Assembly (NCBI RefSeq): GCF_000737315.1
Contig: NZ_JMCB01000006.1
Span: forward strand, 764,001-1,012,000
DNA: 248,000 nt
Reading direction: 5' to 3'
From: Hyalangium minutum
GTDB taxonomy: Bacteria; Myxococcota; Myxococcia; Myxococcales; Myxococcaceae
Positions 20,121 through 29,983 of this stretch are shown in pieces (the stretch's first letter is position 1; the number at the start of each line of letters is the position of its first letter). The translations under genes and the position numbers were made by a program. Under the pieces are notes generated by a model. The model was not told the DNA's origin. It saw nothing but the letters and a program-made list of their open reading frames with translations, and did not search any database.

Positions 20121-21470
20121 TCAGACGCCCAGCTTCTCCTCGAGGTCATCCAGCTCGCGCTTCACCGTGGGGTCTGTCTCGCGAGACCCCTCCACCTTCC
20201 GCACCGAGGCGATGACGGTGGAGTGGTCCTTGTTGAACCGCGAGGCGATCTCCGGGAACGAGCTCTTCGTCAGCTTGCGGCACAGGTACATGGCCACCTG
20301 GCGCGCGTGGGCCAGCGCCTTGTGCCGCCGGTCCTCCTTCAGCGCCTCCACCGTCACCTTGTAGTACCGCGCCACCTCGCGCTGAATCGCCTCCACGTCC
20401 ACCACCCGGTTGGCTGGGAGGATGTCCTTCAGCACGTTCGCCGCGAACTCCACCGTCAGCGGCTGCCGCGACAGGCTGTGGATGGCCGACAGCTTCACCA
20501 GCGCACCCTCCAGCTCGCGCACGTTGCGCTGGATGTGCTTGGCGATGAAGTGCGCCACGTCATCCGGCAGCGTCAGCCGCTCCGCCTCCGCCTTCTTCTG
20601 GAGGATGGCCACCCGCGTCTCGTAGTTCGGCTCGCGGATGTCCGTAATCAAGCCCATGGTGAACCGGCTGCGCAGCCGCTCCTCCAGGCCCGGAATCTCC
20701 GAGGGCAGCGTGTCCGAGGTGAGGACGATGGCCTTGTTCAGCTCGTAGAGCGTGTTGAAGGTGTAGAAGAACTCCTTCTGCGTCTCCTCGCGCTTGCCGA
20801 GGAACTGGATGTCGTCGATGAGCAGCACATCGCACTCCTCGCGGAACTTCCGCCGGAAGTCCGCCATGCGGTGCTCTCGCACGCTCTCCACGTACTCGTT
20901 GGTGAACTGCTCGCTCGACAGGTACACCACCCGCTGAGAGCCGTCCTTCTCCCAGATGTGGTTGCCCACCGCGTGCAGCAGGTGCGTCTTCCCCAGCCCC
21001 GTGCCCCCGTAGATGTAGAGGGGGTTGTAGTTGTGGCCCGGCTTCTCGGACACCGCCTGCGCCGCCGCCGCCGGCAGCTGGTTGCTGTCGGAGACCACGA
21101 AGGTGGCAAACGTGAACCGGGCGTTCAGCCGAGGCGGACGGGCCGAGTTCTCCTTGACTGTTGGTGCGGGCAGCAGGTTCGGCCCCCCCGAGGGCTCCTC
21201 CACCACCTCGTAGGCCACTTTGACCAATCCGTTCCCGACTCGGGCCAGCGTGGCCTCCAGCAGCGAGCGGTAGTGGTCATCCACCCAGTCGCGGAAGAAG
21301 CGATCAGGAACGCCCAGCACCAGCGCACCCTCGCGTACATCCAAGGCATGCATGCGTTCGAGCCACGTCAACGCGTACGTCTTTCCCTCCTGCCGGATGG
21401 TATCCAGCGTCCGGGTCCAAATAATTCCGGCACTTGGCGGCGTACTCAGGGCTTCTGCGAGGGCACTCAC
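20121..21470 (-). CDS. dnaA: chromosomal replication initiator DnaA
   Basis: NPLYIYGGTGLGKTHLL, LLIDDIQF, domain IV RQVAMYL..DHSTVI. Confidence 0.98.
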   Translation of the reverse strand: MSALAEALSTPPSAGIIWTRTLDTIRQEGKTYALTWLERMHALDVREGALVLGVPDRFFRDWVDDHYRSLLEATLARVGNGLVKVAYEVVEEPSGGPNLLPAPTVKENSARPPRLNARFTFATFVVSDSNQLPAAAAQAVSEKPGHNYNPLYIYGGTGLGKTHLLHAVGNHIWEKDGSQRVVYLSSEQFTNEYVESVREHRMADFRRKFREECDVLLIDDIQFLGKREETQKEFFYTFNTLYELNKAIVLTSDTLPSEIPGLEERLRSRFTMGLITDIREPNYETRVAILQKKAEAERLTLPDDVAHFIAKHIQRNVRELEGALVKLSAIHSLSRQPLTVEFAANVLKDILPANRVVDVEAIQREVARYYKVTVEALKEDRRHKALAHARQVAMYLCRKLTKSSFPEIASRFNKDHSTVIASVRKVEGSRETDPTVKRELDDLEEKLGV

Positions 21471-21851
21471 ACGTGTCTCGGGGATGCAAAATGGGCGACG
21501 GAAGCGAGGGTCGACCGTGCTAACAAACGCACACTGGACGATCAAGCACCCAAGTCAAAGGGCCGGAAGTCCGACGCTTTCTGCCGCCATTTCTGATCGG
21601 CAACGGCCATGCCGTTTTGGCTTGATTGTGGTGGCGGCCGACCCACCCCCCAGGTCTTGGGGTCGCCCGCTGAGGGTTCACGGGGAGTGTGGATGGCGCA
21701 AAAAGAGGGGCGGCGCTGATCGGCCGGGCAGGCGGCGCGGACGTCCGACACACGTCCAACGTTGACTTGGGTGGGAGAACGGGTTACGAGCGCCGCCTTT
21801 TCCTAGGCCGCGTCGGATCAGAGACGTCGCCGGTGTTTCAGGAGTTCAGCC

Positions 21852-22010
21852 ATGGCCAAGGCCAAGCGCACGTATCAGCCGTCGAAGGTGAAGCGCAATC
21901 GCACGCACGGGTTCCGCAAGCGCAACAGCACGCGGGCGGGCCGGGAGGTCCTCAAGCGCCGCCGCGCCAAGGGCCGCAAGCGGCTGGTGGTGTCCGCCCC
22001 GAAGAAGTAG
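21852..22010 (+). CDS. rpmH: 50S ribosomal protein L34
   Basis: [24 protein letters not shown], read by hand (below the ORF-track cut-off). Confidence 0.97.
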   Translation: MAKAKRTYQPSKVKRNRTHGFRKRNSTRAGREVLKRRRAKGRKRLVVSAPKK

Positions 22011-22025
22011 GCCGAGGGCCAGCTC

Positions 22026-22430
22026 GTGACGGCCGCGGACGCGGGGCCAGAGCGCCAGGGTGAAGGTTTCCCCAAGGCCCTGCGCCTGCTGCGCCGCTAC
22101 GAGTTTCTGCGGGTCCAGGAGGGCGGGCAGAAGCTCACCTCGGACTGCCTGCTGGCGTTGGTGAAGCGCAACGGCCGGCCGTACAGCCGGCTGGGGCTCA
22201 CAGTGTCCAGCAAGGTGGGCAACGCAGTGGTGCGCGTTCGCCTGCGGCGCCTGCTGCGCGAGCTGTTCCGCAAGCGGCGGGGGCAATGGCCCGCCGGGCT
22301 GGACGTGGTGTTGGTGGTGCGCTCGTCGGCGAAGGAGGTGTCCTTCGCGGAAATGTCGCGTGCCTTCGACGGTGTTACCCGCAAGCTTCAGCGGCTCTCT
22401 CCCGCCACGACAGGAGGGGCTTCCTCGTGA
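22026..22430 (+). CDS. rnpA: RNase P protein component
   Basis: [16 protein letters not shown] motif; position after rpmH. Confidence 0.95.
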   Translation: MTAADAGPERQGEGFPKALRLLRRYEFLRVQEGGQKLTSDCLLALVKRNGRPYSRLGLTVSSKVGNAVVRVRLRRLLRELFRKRRGQWPAGLDVVLVVRSSAKEVSFAEMSRAFDGVTRKLQRLSPATTGGASS

Positions 22431-22645
22431 GTCCGCTCGCCTTCCTGCTCTCGCTGCCCATCCGTTTCTACCGCCGCTTCCTCGGGCCCCTGCTGCCGAA
22501 GGTGTGCCGCTTCTACCCCTCGTGCTCCACCTATGCGATGCAGGCGCTGGAGAAGCATGGCGGCCTCAAAGGCTCCTGGCTCACCGTGCGCCGCCTGTCG
22601 CGGTGCCACCCCTTCCACCCTGGCGGCATGGACCCGGTGCCCTGA
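22427..22645 (+). CDS. yidD: membrane protein insertion efficiency factor
   Basis: [23 protein letters not shown]. Confidence 0.95.
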   Translation: MSPLAFLLSLPIRFYRRFLGPLLPKVCRFYPSCSTYAMQALEKHGGLKGSWLTVRRLSRCHPFHPGGMDPVP

Positions 22646-22692
22646 GCCCGGCCCCCGCCCCGTAACGCCCTCTCCTCCGGAGAGAGGACTTT

Positions 22693-24501
22693 ATGAACCT
22701 CCCCCCTGACGATCCCTTCTCGCCGAACTCGAACGACTCCCAGAAGCGCCTGCTGATGGCCCTGGGCCTGTCCTTCGCGGCCGTCATGCTCTACATGGTC
22801 TTCTTCGCGCCCACGCCGACGCCGCCCGAGGCCGGTGCGGCGGACGGGGGCGTGGTGGCGGGGCCCGCCGACGCGGGCGTGGCGGCGCCCCCGCCGGGCG
22901 CGGCCACTCCGGGCGGCACGCCGGAGCTGACGGCCTCGCCCACGGAGCAGGAGGTGGCGCTGCGCACGGTGGAGCGCAAGCGCGAGGAGAGCGTCTACCT
23001 CTTCTCGAACGAGGGCGCGGGCCTGACTTCGGCGGAGCTCATCGGCCCGAAGATGCGCGAGCAGCAGCACCTCACCATCGCCGAGGGCTTCCAGAAGCTC
23101 TTTGGCAAGGAGCTGCCGCCGCCGCCGCAGATGAACCTGGTGCGGCCGGTGCCGGGCCAGCCGCTGCCGCTGTCGGTGAGCATCGAAGGCGGCTCGCCGC
23201 TGCCGGCCAACACGCGCTGGGCGGTGGCGGAGACGGGCGAGGACAGCGTGGCCTTCTCCGCGCGCCGAGGCCCGTGGGAAGTCACGAAGACGCTGCAGTG
23301 GGTGCGCAGCGGCTTCGAGCTGGCCTACACGGTTCAGGTGAAGAACACCTCGAGCCAGCCGCTGAGCGGCGAGCTGCAGGTGCACCACAACCGGGCCATC
23401 GACCCGAACTTCGAGCACGCGCCGTCCTTCTTCGGGGGCGTGGGCAACCAGAGCCGCGCGGCCTGCCACGTGGGCGAGGACCTGCACAAGCTGGTGCCCG
23501 ACGACAAGCCGCCGCAGGACACCACGGGCCCGGTGCACTACTTCGGCATTGATCAGCAGTACTTCCTGTCGGTGTTCTACCCCATCGAGGGACCTCGGCA
23601 GGGGCACTGCACGCTCCTGGCGACGCCCACGGCGCGTCAGGTGACGGCGGGCTTCCCGATTACCGTGAACCCTGGCGAGACGGTGACGCTGCGCTTCGGC
23701 GGCTGGCTCGGCCCGAAGGATCCAGATCTGCTGAAGCCGCTGCCCGGTCAGGACGTGCTGCGCTCGGCGGGGATGGCGGCGGCCACGTGGCACCCCACCG
23801 TCGAGAAGACGGTGGACTTCGGCATCTGGGAGCTCATCTGCAAGGTGCTCCTGTTCTTCATGAAGTTCTTCCACTCCGTCACCGGCAACTGGGGCGTGGC
23901 CATCATCCTGCTCACGGTGCTGGTGAAGCTCGTGCTGCTGCCGCTCACCTACAAGTCCATGGTCGGCATGGAGGCGGTGAAGGAGCTCCAGCCGAAGATG
24001 GAGGAGATCAAGAAGAAGTACGCGGATGACCGCGAGCGGATGAACCTCGAGGTGATGAAGCTGTACCAGCAGGCCAAGGTGAACCCGCTCGGCGGCTGCT
24101 TGCCCCTGCTGATCCAGATGCCGGTGTGGATCGCCCTGTTCACCGCGCTGCGCAACAGCTTCGACATCTACTGGGAGCCCTTCATCGGTCCCATCTGGAG
24201 GGACTTGACGTACAAGGACCCCACCTACCTGCTGCCCCTGGCGCTGGGGGTGTCGATGATCATCACCCAGAAGATGCAGCCGCAGATGATGGATGCGGCC
24301 CAGGCGCGCATCATGATCTGGGTGATGCCGGTCATCTTCACGCTGACGCTGCTGCAGTACCCGGCGGGTCTGTCGCTCTACATCTTCACCAACAACCTCC
24401 TCTCCATTGGTCAGCAGTACGGGTTGAGGAAGTGGCTGGATCACCAGAAGTTGAAGCGCGGGGGCGTACCGGCGGCATCCGGGGGAGGCAAGCGCAAGTG
24501 A
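22693..24501 (+). CDS. yidC: membrane protein insertase YidC
   Basis: NPLGGCLPLLIQMP motif; synteny. Confidence 0.97.
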   Translation: MNLPPDDPFSPNSNDSQKRLLMALGLSFAAVMLYMVFFAPTPTPPEAGAADGGVVAGPADAGVAAPPPGAATPGGTPELTASPTEQEVALRTVERKREESVYLFSNEGAGLTSAELIGPKMREQQHLTIAEGFQKLFGKELPPPPQMNLVRPVPGQPLPLSVSIEGGSPLPANTRWAVAETGEDSVAFSARRGPWEVTKTLQWVRSGFELAYTVQVKNTSSQPLSGELQVHHNRAIDPNFEHAPSFFGGVGNQSRAACHVGEDLHKLVPDDKPPQDTTGPVHYFGIDQQYFLSVFYPIEGPRQGHCTLLATPTARQVTAGFPITVNPGETVTLRFGGWLGPKDPDLLKPLPGQDVLRSAGMAAATWHPTVEKTVDFGIWELICKVLLFFMKFFHSVTGNWGVAIILLTVLVKLVLLPLTYKSMVGMEAVKELQPKMEEIKKKYADDRERMNLEVMKLYQQAKVNPLGGCLPLLIQMPVWIALFTALRNSFDIYWEPFIGPIWRDLTYKDPTYLLPLALGVSMIITQKMQPQMMDAAQARIMIWVMPVIFTLTLLQYPAGLSLYIFTNNLLSIGQQYGLRKWLDHQKLKRGGVPAASGGGKRK

Positions 24502-25283
24502 CGGAGCAGGCTCAACCGCAGCAGTCCCCCTCTGGCGCAGGCACAGGAGGGGAGACCCGCGGCCGCGTGGAGAAGCTCCTCCCGGACATCCTGGGGCTGA
24601 TGGGCTACCCCGCCCGGCTGGAGTTCCGTGACGCCTCGGATGGCAGCCTCGCCGTGGCGCTCCACTTCGAGGCGGGTTTGCCTCCAGGCGTGGAGAGCGG
24701 CAAGCGCAGCCAGGTGCTGGACTCGCTCCAGTTCCTCCTCAACAAGATGCTCCACCGCCCGGGCTTCGAGCGGCGCTGGGTGTTGCTCGGCGCGGGTGTC
24801 TTCCCCGAGCCTCGGCCTCGCAAGGAGGCCCCGCCTCTCGCGCCCGCTCCGGGTGCGAGCGGTGCTGCGCCGGCGCCACGTCCGGCGGCTCCTCCGAAGG
24901 CTCAGGCGCCCGCCCCCGCGCCGGCTCCCGCTCCGCAGCAGAAGGCGGCGCGGCCTGCTCCAGCGCCTGCGGCCCCGCCTCCCGCGAAGCGCGGCGAGCC
25001 GGACGAGCGCACGGTGGAGGCGCCCGAGGATGCCGTGCTGAAAGAGGCTGCCCGCCAGCTGGCCGGGAAGTCAGGTTCGCTCGGCCGCTTCTATGCCATC
25101 GCGGCCATGAAACTCGAGGACCGGGCGCGCGTCTTGAAAGCAGTGGAGGGTGTGGCCGGCGTCGCGGTGACGGGCGAGGGCGAGGGCCGGTGCCGCCGGG
25201 TGGTGTTTACTCCGGAGAAGCCCGCGCCGCTGCCGCGGAAGATGCTGCTGCCGGATGATGACGAGGACGATTTCGAGGGCTGA
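24498..25283 (+). CDS. jag: Jag/EloR-like RNA-binding protein (KH plus degenerate R3H)
   Basis: LDSLQFLLNK KH segment, GEGEGRCRRVV; follows yidC. Confidence 0.7.
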   Translation: MTEQAQPQQSPSGAGTGGETRGRVEKLLPDILGLMGYPARLEFRDASDGSLAVALHFEAGLPPGVESGKRSQVLDSLQFLLNKMLHRPGFERRWVLLGAGVFPEPRPRKEAPPLAPAPGASGAAPAPRPAAPPKAQAPAPAPAPAPQQKAARPAPAPAAPPPAKRGEPDERTVEAPEDAVLKEAARQLAGKSGSLGRFYAIAAMKLEDRARVLKAVEGVAGVAVTGEGEGRCRRVVFTPEKPAPLPRKMLLPDDDEDDFEG

Positions 25284-25314
25284 GCGGCCGAGGCTCGGTC
25301 TTGAGGTGGGAGCC

Positions 25315-25542
25315 ATGGGGAAGGCGAAGTCTCTCAAGGACAAGCTGTTTGGCGCGGCGGTGCTGAAGATGAGCTTCCGCCTGCGTGGGGATGAGGACTC
25401 GCCCGCCTTCCGCTTCGTCTACCCGGGCGTGCTTCGAGACCTCGAGCTGGAGGACGAGGCCGTGGAGAAGTACATCCAGGAGCACCGCGACACCGTGGAG
25501 AAGGCGGCTCGCGGCTCCACCCCCGCGCCGGGCCCTCGGTAA
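25315..25542 (+). CDS. small conserved hypothetical protein
   Basis: GAGGTGGGAG RBS; operon position. Confidence 0.65.
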   Translation: MGKAKSLKDKLFGAAVLKMSFRLRGDEDSPAFRFVYPGVLRDLELEDEAVEKYIQEHRDTVEKAARGSTPAPGPR

Positions 25543-25550
25543 GCGGACCG

Positions 25551-26888
25551 GTGTCTGTCTCCACCATCGCTGCCCTGGCCACCGCGCCCGCCGCTGGCGC
25601 CGTGGGAATTGTCCGGCTGTCTGGGCCCGTGGCGCTCGAGGTGGGCCGCAAGCTGGCCCCCGGAGTGCCCGCCGAGCCCACGCCCCGCCACGCGTACCTG
25701 ACTGCCTTCGTGGATGCGGAGGGCCGGACGCTCGATGAGGGGCTGTTCCTCTACTTCCGCGCGCCGAGCTCTTTCACCGGAGAGGACGTGGTGGAGCTGC
25801 AGGCCCACGGTGGGCCGCGTCTGCTGCAGCTGCTGCTCGCGCGGGTGCTGGAGGATGGGCGCGTGCGCCCGGCTCGGCCCGGAGAGTTCACCCGCCGCGC
25901 CTTCCTCCATGGCCGCTTGGACTTGGCGCGCGCGGAGGCCGTGGCGGATCTCGTGGCCGCAGACTCGGAGGCAGCGGTGCGGGCGGCGGCAGCGGGGCTC
26001 TCGGGCGCCCTGTCCGAGCGAATCCAGGCTCTGGAGGATCCGCTGCGCGCACTCCACGCGGACCTGGAGGGCGTGCTCAACTTCCCGGACGAGGCCGAGG
26101 GCGCGGATGAGGACGCAAGCGCTCGGGTAGCGGCGCTGAGGGCCGAGGCGCAGAGGCTCCTGTCCGAAGCGGGGCGAGGCCGGTTGGTGCGGCGAGGCGC
26201 TCGGGTGGTGCTCTACGGGCCGGTGAACGCGGGCAAGTCCACCCTCTTCAACCGGCTGGTGGGCGAGGCGCGGGCGCTCGTGGACGACGAGCCTGGCACC
26301 ACGCGCGATGTCCTGGAGGCTCGCGTCGAGTGGGAGGGGCTGGCCCTGGCGCTGCTCGACACCGCGGGTCTGCGGGAAGCGCCCGGCCGCGTCGAAGCGC
26401 TGGGGATCGCCCGCACGCGTGAGTCCCTCTCCGGCGCGGATCTGGCCGTGCTCGTGCTGCCGCCCGGAGTCTCCTCCACCGAGGCCGAGGCCTGGACGCG
26501 CGAGGCGGGCGCCACGCCCGTGCTGCACGTGGCCGGCAAGTGCGACGTGGAGGCCCGCGCCGTGCCTGTCTCGACAGGTGAAGCTCTGCTCCGCGTGAGT
26601 GGCCTCACCGGGCAGGGCGTGGAGGGACTGCGGACCACGGTCCTCTCCCGGCTGTGGGGAGGAGGAACGCCCTCCGCGGTGGCGCTCGTTTCTGAACGTC
26701 ACGCTGACGCGCTGCGCCGCGCCTGTGAGGCCCTTGCACGTGCGGAAGAGGCCAGCGGCGTCTCCACTCTGGAGGTCGTCTCGGGCGAGGTAGGCCTGGC
26801 GCTCGAGGCGCTCGGAGAGGTGTCCGGGACGCACGTCTCCGAGGCCCTCCTGGACGCCATCTTCCAGCGCTTCTGCATCGGCAAATAG
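25551..26888 (+). CDS. mnmE: tRNA modification GTPase MnmE
   Basis: GPVNAGKST, PGTTRD, DTAG, C-terminal FCIGK. Confidence 0.97.
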   Translation: MSVSTIAALATAPAAGAVGIVRLSGPVALEVGRKLAPGVPAEPTPRHAYLTAFVDAEGRTLDEGLFLYFRAPSSFTGEDVVELQAHGGPRLLQLLLARVLEDGRVRPARPGEFTRRAFLHGRLDLARAEAVADLVAADSEAAVRAAAAGLSGALSERIQALEDPLRALHADLEGVLNFPDEAEGADEDASARVAALRAEAQRLLSEAGRGRLVRRGARVVLYGPVNAGKSTLFNRLVGEARALVDDEPGTTRDVLEARVEWEGLALALLDTAGLREAPGRVEALGIARTRESLSGADLAVLVLPPGVSSTEAEAWTREAGATPVLHVAGKCDVEARAVPVSTGEALLRVSGLTGQGVEGLRTTVLSRLWGGGTPSAVALVSERHADALRRACEALARAEEASGVSTLEVVSGEVGLALEALGEVSGTHVSEALLDAIFQRFCIGK

Positions 26889-26973
26889 CCCACTTCCGTG
26901 GGCCGCCGGGGGGATGTCAGACCCCTCCTTATTATGCGTTCCCGTCCAGCCGCTACACGGAGAGGGAACGGTG

Positions 26974-27576
26974 ATGGAGACCCGCATTGATCAGGCCACG
27001 TACTCGGTGCTCAACGCGCTACCCCTGGGGTGGGTGGGCGAGATTGTCGAGGACGAACTCGTCGCCTCGCCTCGCCCCCTGGCCGCCCAGACGCGCGCGG
27101 CCTTCATGCTGGGAGTCACGCTCGGGGAGCAGTTGGATCAGCGCCGGGGCGGCAATGGCCGCTGGTGTTTCCTGCGTGCCCCCGAGCTGCACCTGGGCCG
27201 CGATGTGATGGTGCCCGAGCTGGCCGGCTGGCGCCGCGAGCGCGTGGCCGAGCCGATGGATCCGAGCGCTCCCTTCCTCACCCTCACGCCCGACTGGGTG
27301 TGCGAGGTTGTCTCTCCGGTGACGATTGCCTTGGATCGCACGCGCAAGCTGCCGCTGTACGCGCAGCACGGCGTGTCCACCGCGTGGTTCATTGATCCGG
27401 AGGCACGCACGCTCGAGGTGTTCCAGCGTCTCAAGCGCGGCTGGCTCTTTGCTGCTTCCTACGAGGGAGACGCGCTGGTGCGCGCCGAGCCCTTCCCTCA
27501 CGTGGGGTTCGAGCTGGGCTCGCTCTGGCTGCCCGCCGAGACCGAGGTTCCGCTGGCGCTGGCCGTCGGGCGGTAG
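26974..27576 (+). CDS. Uma2 family endonuclease-like protein
   Basis: PDW.CEV.SP..D..KL.LYA motif. Confidence 0.8.
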   Translation: METRIDQATYSVLNALPLGWVGEIVEDELVASPRPLAAQTRAAFMLGVTLGEQLDQRRGGNGRWCFLRAPELHLGRDVMVPELAGWRRERVAEPMDPSAPFLTLTPDWVCEVVSPVTIALDRTRKLPLYAQHGVSTAWFIDPEARTLEVFQRLKRGWLFAASYEGDALVRAEPFPHVGFELGSLWLPAETEVPLALAVGR

Positions 27577-27588
27577 CGCCGGGCGGCC

Positions 27589-28617
27589 TCAGGCCACGAG
27601 CGAGAAGACATCGCTCCCGAGCTGCAGCAGCCGGCGCACGGCGCGCACCAGCAGCTCGGGATCCACCGGCGCCGCGAGGAAGCCCAGCGCTCCCACCGCC
27701 TGCGAGCGCTTCAGCTCCTCCTCCGGCGCCTTGCCCGCCACCAGCACTCGGGCCGTCACCCGCTGCCCGAGCGCCTCCATGGAGGGCAGCGGCGAGACAA
27801 TCACCATGTCCGCAGTGGCGCCGCGAGCCTCAGCCGCGCTCGCCTCACGCGCGGCAATCCCCGCCTCGCCCAGCACGCGCAGCAGCCCCGTGGTCGCGGT
27901 CTCGCCCCAGCCGTAGACGAGCACCCGCTCCGTCTGCTCCCAGGGCACCCACTGCGGCGAAGCCTCCACGCTGGCCGCGTCCGCGATCTCCAGCTCCAGC
28001 GGCGTGAGCATCGGCAGCCCGTCCTGCAGCAGCGTGGGCGCCGGCGCTGCGTCCTGCTCGAAGAGGGCGTCGTCGATGACCACGTCCTCGATCATGCAGT
28101 TGTTCATGAAGGCCATGACCTCTTCGGCCGCAGGCAGCTCCACGGCGCGGGGGTCTCCCACCTTCGACACCTCGTACATCTCCCCGCGGTACAGCCGGGA
28201 GATGGCCCGGCGAATGGCCGCGTCCGTCGCGAGCCGCGGCACCACCCGGCCCCGGCCCGACACGCTCTTCACCACGTCCAGCGTGTCCAGGCTCGCCGGC
28301 GCCGCGATGGCCACCACCAGCGTCGACTCTCGCGCGCCCTCCAGCCGCAGCGGCACCACCTTGCGCGCCTCCGCCACCTTCAACGGCACCAGCCGCGCCA
28401 GCCGCGGATCCAACACCAGCGAGTCCAGGTCCACCGAGGCGATGCCCGTCTGCTCCTCCAGCGCGGCAAAGACGCGCTCGGAGGAAGCGAAGCCCTGGTC
28501 CACCACCACCTGGCCCAGCGGCAGCCCCCACTGGCGCTGGAACGCCAGCGCTGATTGGAGCTGCAACGAATCCACCACCCCACGCGCCACCAAGATGTCG
28601 CCGAGCCGCTTCTTCAT
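27589..28617 (-). CDS. MshEN/GspE N-terminal domain protein
   Basis: RLGDILVARG..QLQSALAFQ..LGQV. Confidence 0.75.
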   Translation of the reverse strand: MKKRLGDILVARGVVDSLQLQSALAFQRQWGLPLGQVVVDQGFASSERVFAALEEQTGIASVDLDSLVLDPRLARLVPLKVAEARKVVPLRLEGARESTLVVAIAAPASLDTLDVVKSVSGRGRVVPRLATDAAIRRAISRLYRGEMYEVSKVGDPRAVELPAAEEVMAFMNNCMIEDVVIDDALFEQDAAPAPTLLQDGLPMLTPLELEIADAASVEASPQWVPWEQTERVLVYGWGETATTGLLRVLGEAGIAAREASAAEARGATADMVIVSPLPSMEALGQRVTARVLVAGKAPEEELKRSQAVGALGFLAAPVDPELLVRAVRRLLQLGSDVFSLVA

Positions 28618-28910
28618 GGTCCGTACCTCGCTGCCGCCCCCCGGGCGGTCCATGGGTGGGAACTGGGCTACATGCACCGCAACCCAGGGAGAAAGTAGCC
28701 AGCACCCTTACCCATCTCTTGGCCGCCCGTCTTCTTCCCGGGCGCCAGAATGTTCAGCGCCCGCGCCACAAGCCTGCGATTTTCCTGGTTTCCGTCGCTG
28801 CTCTCCGGGAAGGCAGGCTGTCCTGGACTGTCTACCTCTCGCCTCCTTGGCAGACTTGGCACGGAGTTTGTGTCAGGTGGAAGTCAGGTAGGTGGTAGTG
28901 CGAGACAGGC

Positions 28911-29519
28911 ATGCCCATCTTCCGGGGCGTGTACGACGTTGCTCTCGAAGACGTGCTCCGGTGCCTGAGGGAAGAGGTCCACGGAGCCTGCGGTGCGGTG
29001 AAGGTCGGTCAACGGCTGGAGGGAGTCCTCGTGCGTCCGGAGTCGCTGGGGCCCTACCTCCACTTCCGGCGGGGGCGCTACACGCGCAACCTCGTGTACC
29101 GGGATCCTCGCTTCGAGGTGGTGCTCAACTGCTGGGATGCGGGCATCTCCTCGCCCATCCACGACCATGCCGAGCAGGAGTGCTGGTTCAGCATCCAGGC
29201 CGGCACCTTCCTGCTCGAGGACTACCCGCTGCTGGCTGGAGGCCGCGAGCCGGGCTATGCCCTGCTGGGCAAGCCGCGCCCCTCGGAGGCGGTGGGGCCA
29301 GGCCACGTGGACTACCGGGGACCGCTGGACTCCATCCACCGCGTCACCGCGCTGCAGGGCCCGGCCGTCACCCTGCACGTCTACGCGTCGCCCGTGGAGC
29401 AGTGCCTGGTGTTCGATGTGCGCCGCCAGCGCTGTGCCACCCGCCAGCTCTGCTACCACTCCGTCTTCGGCCGCCCCGTGGAGGCCCGGCCCAGCGCAGA
29501 GCTGCCCGGACGGCTCTAA
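28911..29519 (+). CDS. cysteine dioxygenase family protein
   Basis: YTRNLVY, SPIHDH, IHRV, LHVY. Confidence 0.8.
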   Translation: MPIFRGVYDVALEDVLRCLREEVHGACGAVKVGQRLEGVLVRPESLGPYLHFRRGRYTRNLVYRDPRFEVVLNCWDAGISSPIHDHAEQECWFSIQAGTFLLEDYPLLAGGREPGYALLGKPRPSEAVGPGHVDYRGPLDSIHRVTALQGPAVTLHVYASPVEQCLVFDVRRQRCATRQLCYHSVFGRPVEARPSAELPGRL

Positions 29520-29719
29520 GCCCACCTCCAAGGCGCTACCCGGTACTGAGGTGGGATGGCGGAGAAGTGTCAGCCTCAGGTTATAGACTCGCTGCGTCAT
29601 CTGTTCCCAGGGGTTCAAGCTGCCTGGGGCTCGCATCCGCTTCTCTCACGTTGGGCGGGAGAGGGGGAGTCAGCGGCTCTTCCGCCGACGCGTCCGCGCG
29701 GGTGACGAGGGAGGTAGCA

Positions 29720-29968
29720 ATGAAGCGACAGGGTTGGATGCTGAGCTGGGGGTTGGCCGTGGGGGTGTGGCTGGCCGCCACGCCGGCCGGTGCCGACGAC
29801 AAGCGCCGCGATCCTCAGCGGTGCGAGGAGCGCTGTGACGACGAGGCCCAGCGCTGCCGGGACATCTGTAAGAAGTTCGCGGGCAACGACAACGACGCGT
29901 GCTTCAAGGCGTGCAGCGACGAGGAGAAGCGCTGCAAGCAGCAATGCAAGGAGTCCGCGCGCCGGTAG
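29720..29968 (+). CDS. secreted Cys-rich miniprotein (4 x CX3C)
   Basis: Signal peptide; CEERC, CRDIC, CFKAC, CKQQC. Confidence 0.7.
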   Translation: MKRQGWMLSWGLAVGVWLAATPAGADDKRRDPQRCEERCDDEAQRCRDICKKFAGNDNDACFKACSDEEKRCKQQCKESARR

Positions 29969-29983
29969 CCCGGCGCGGCCGGT

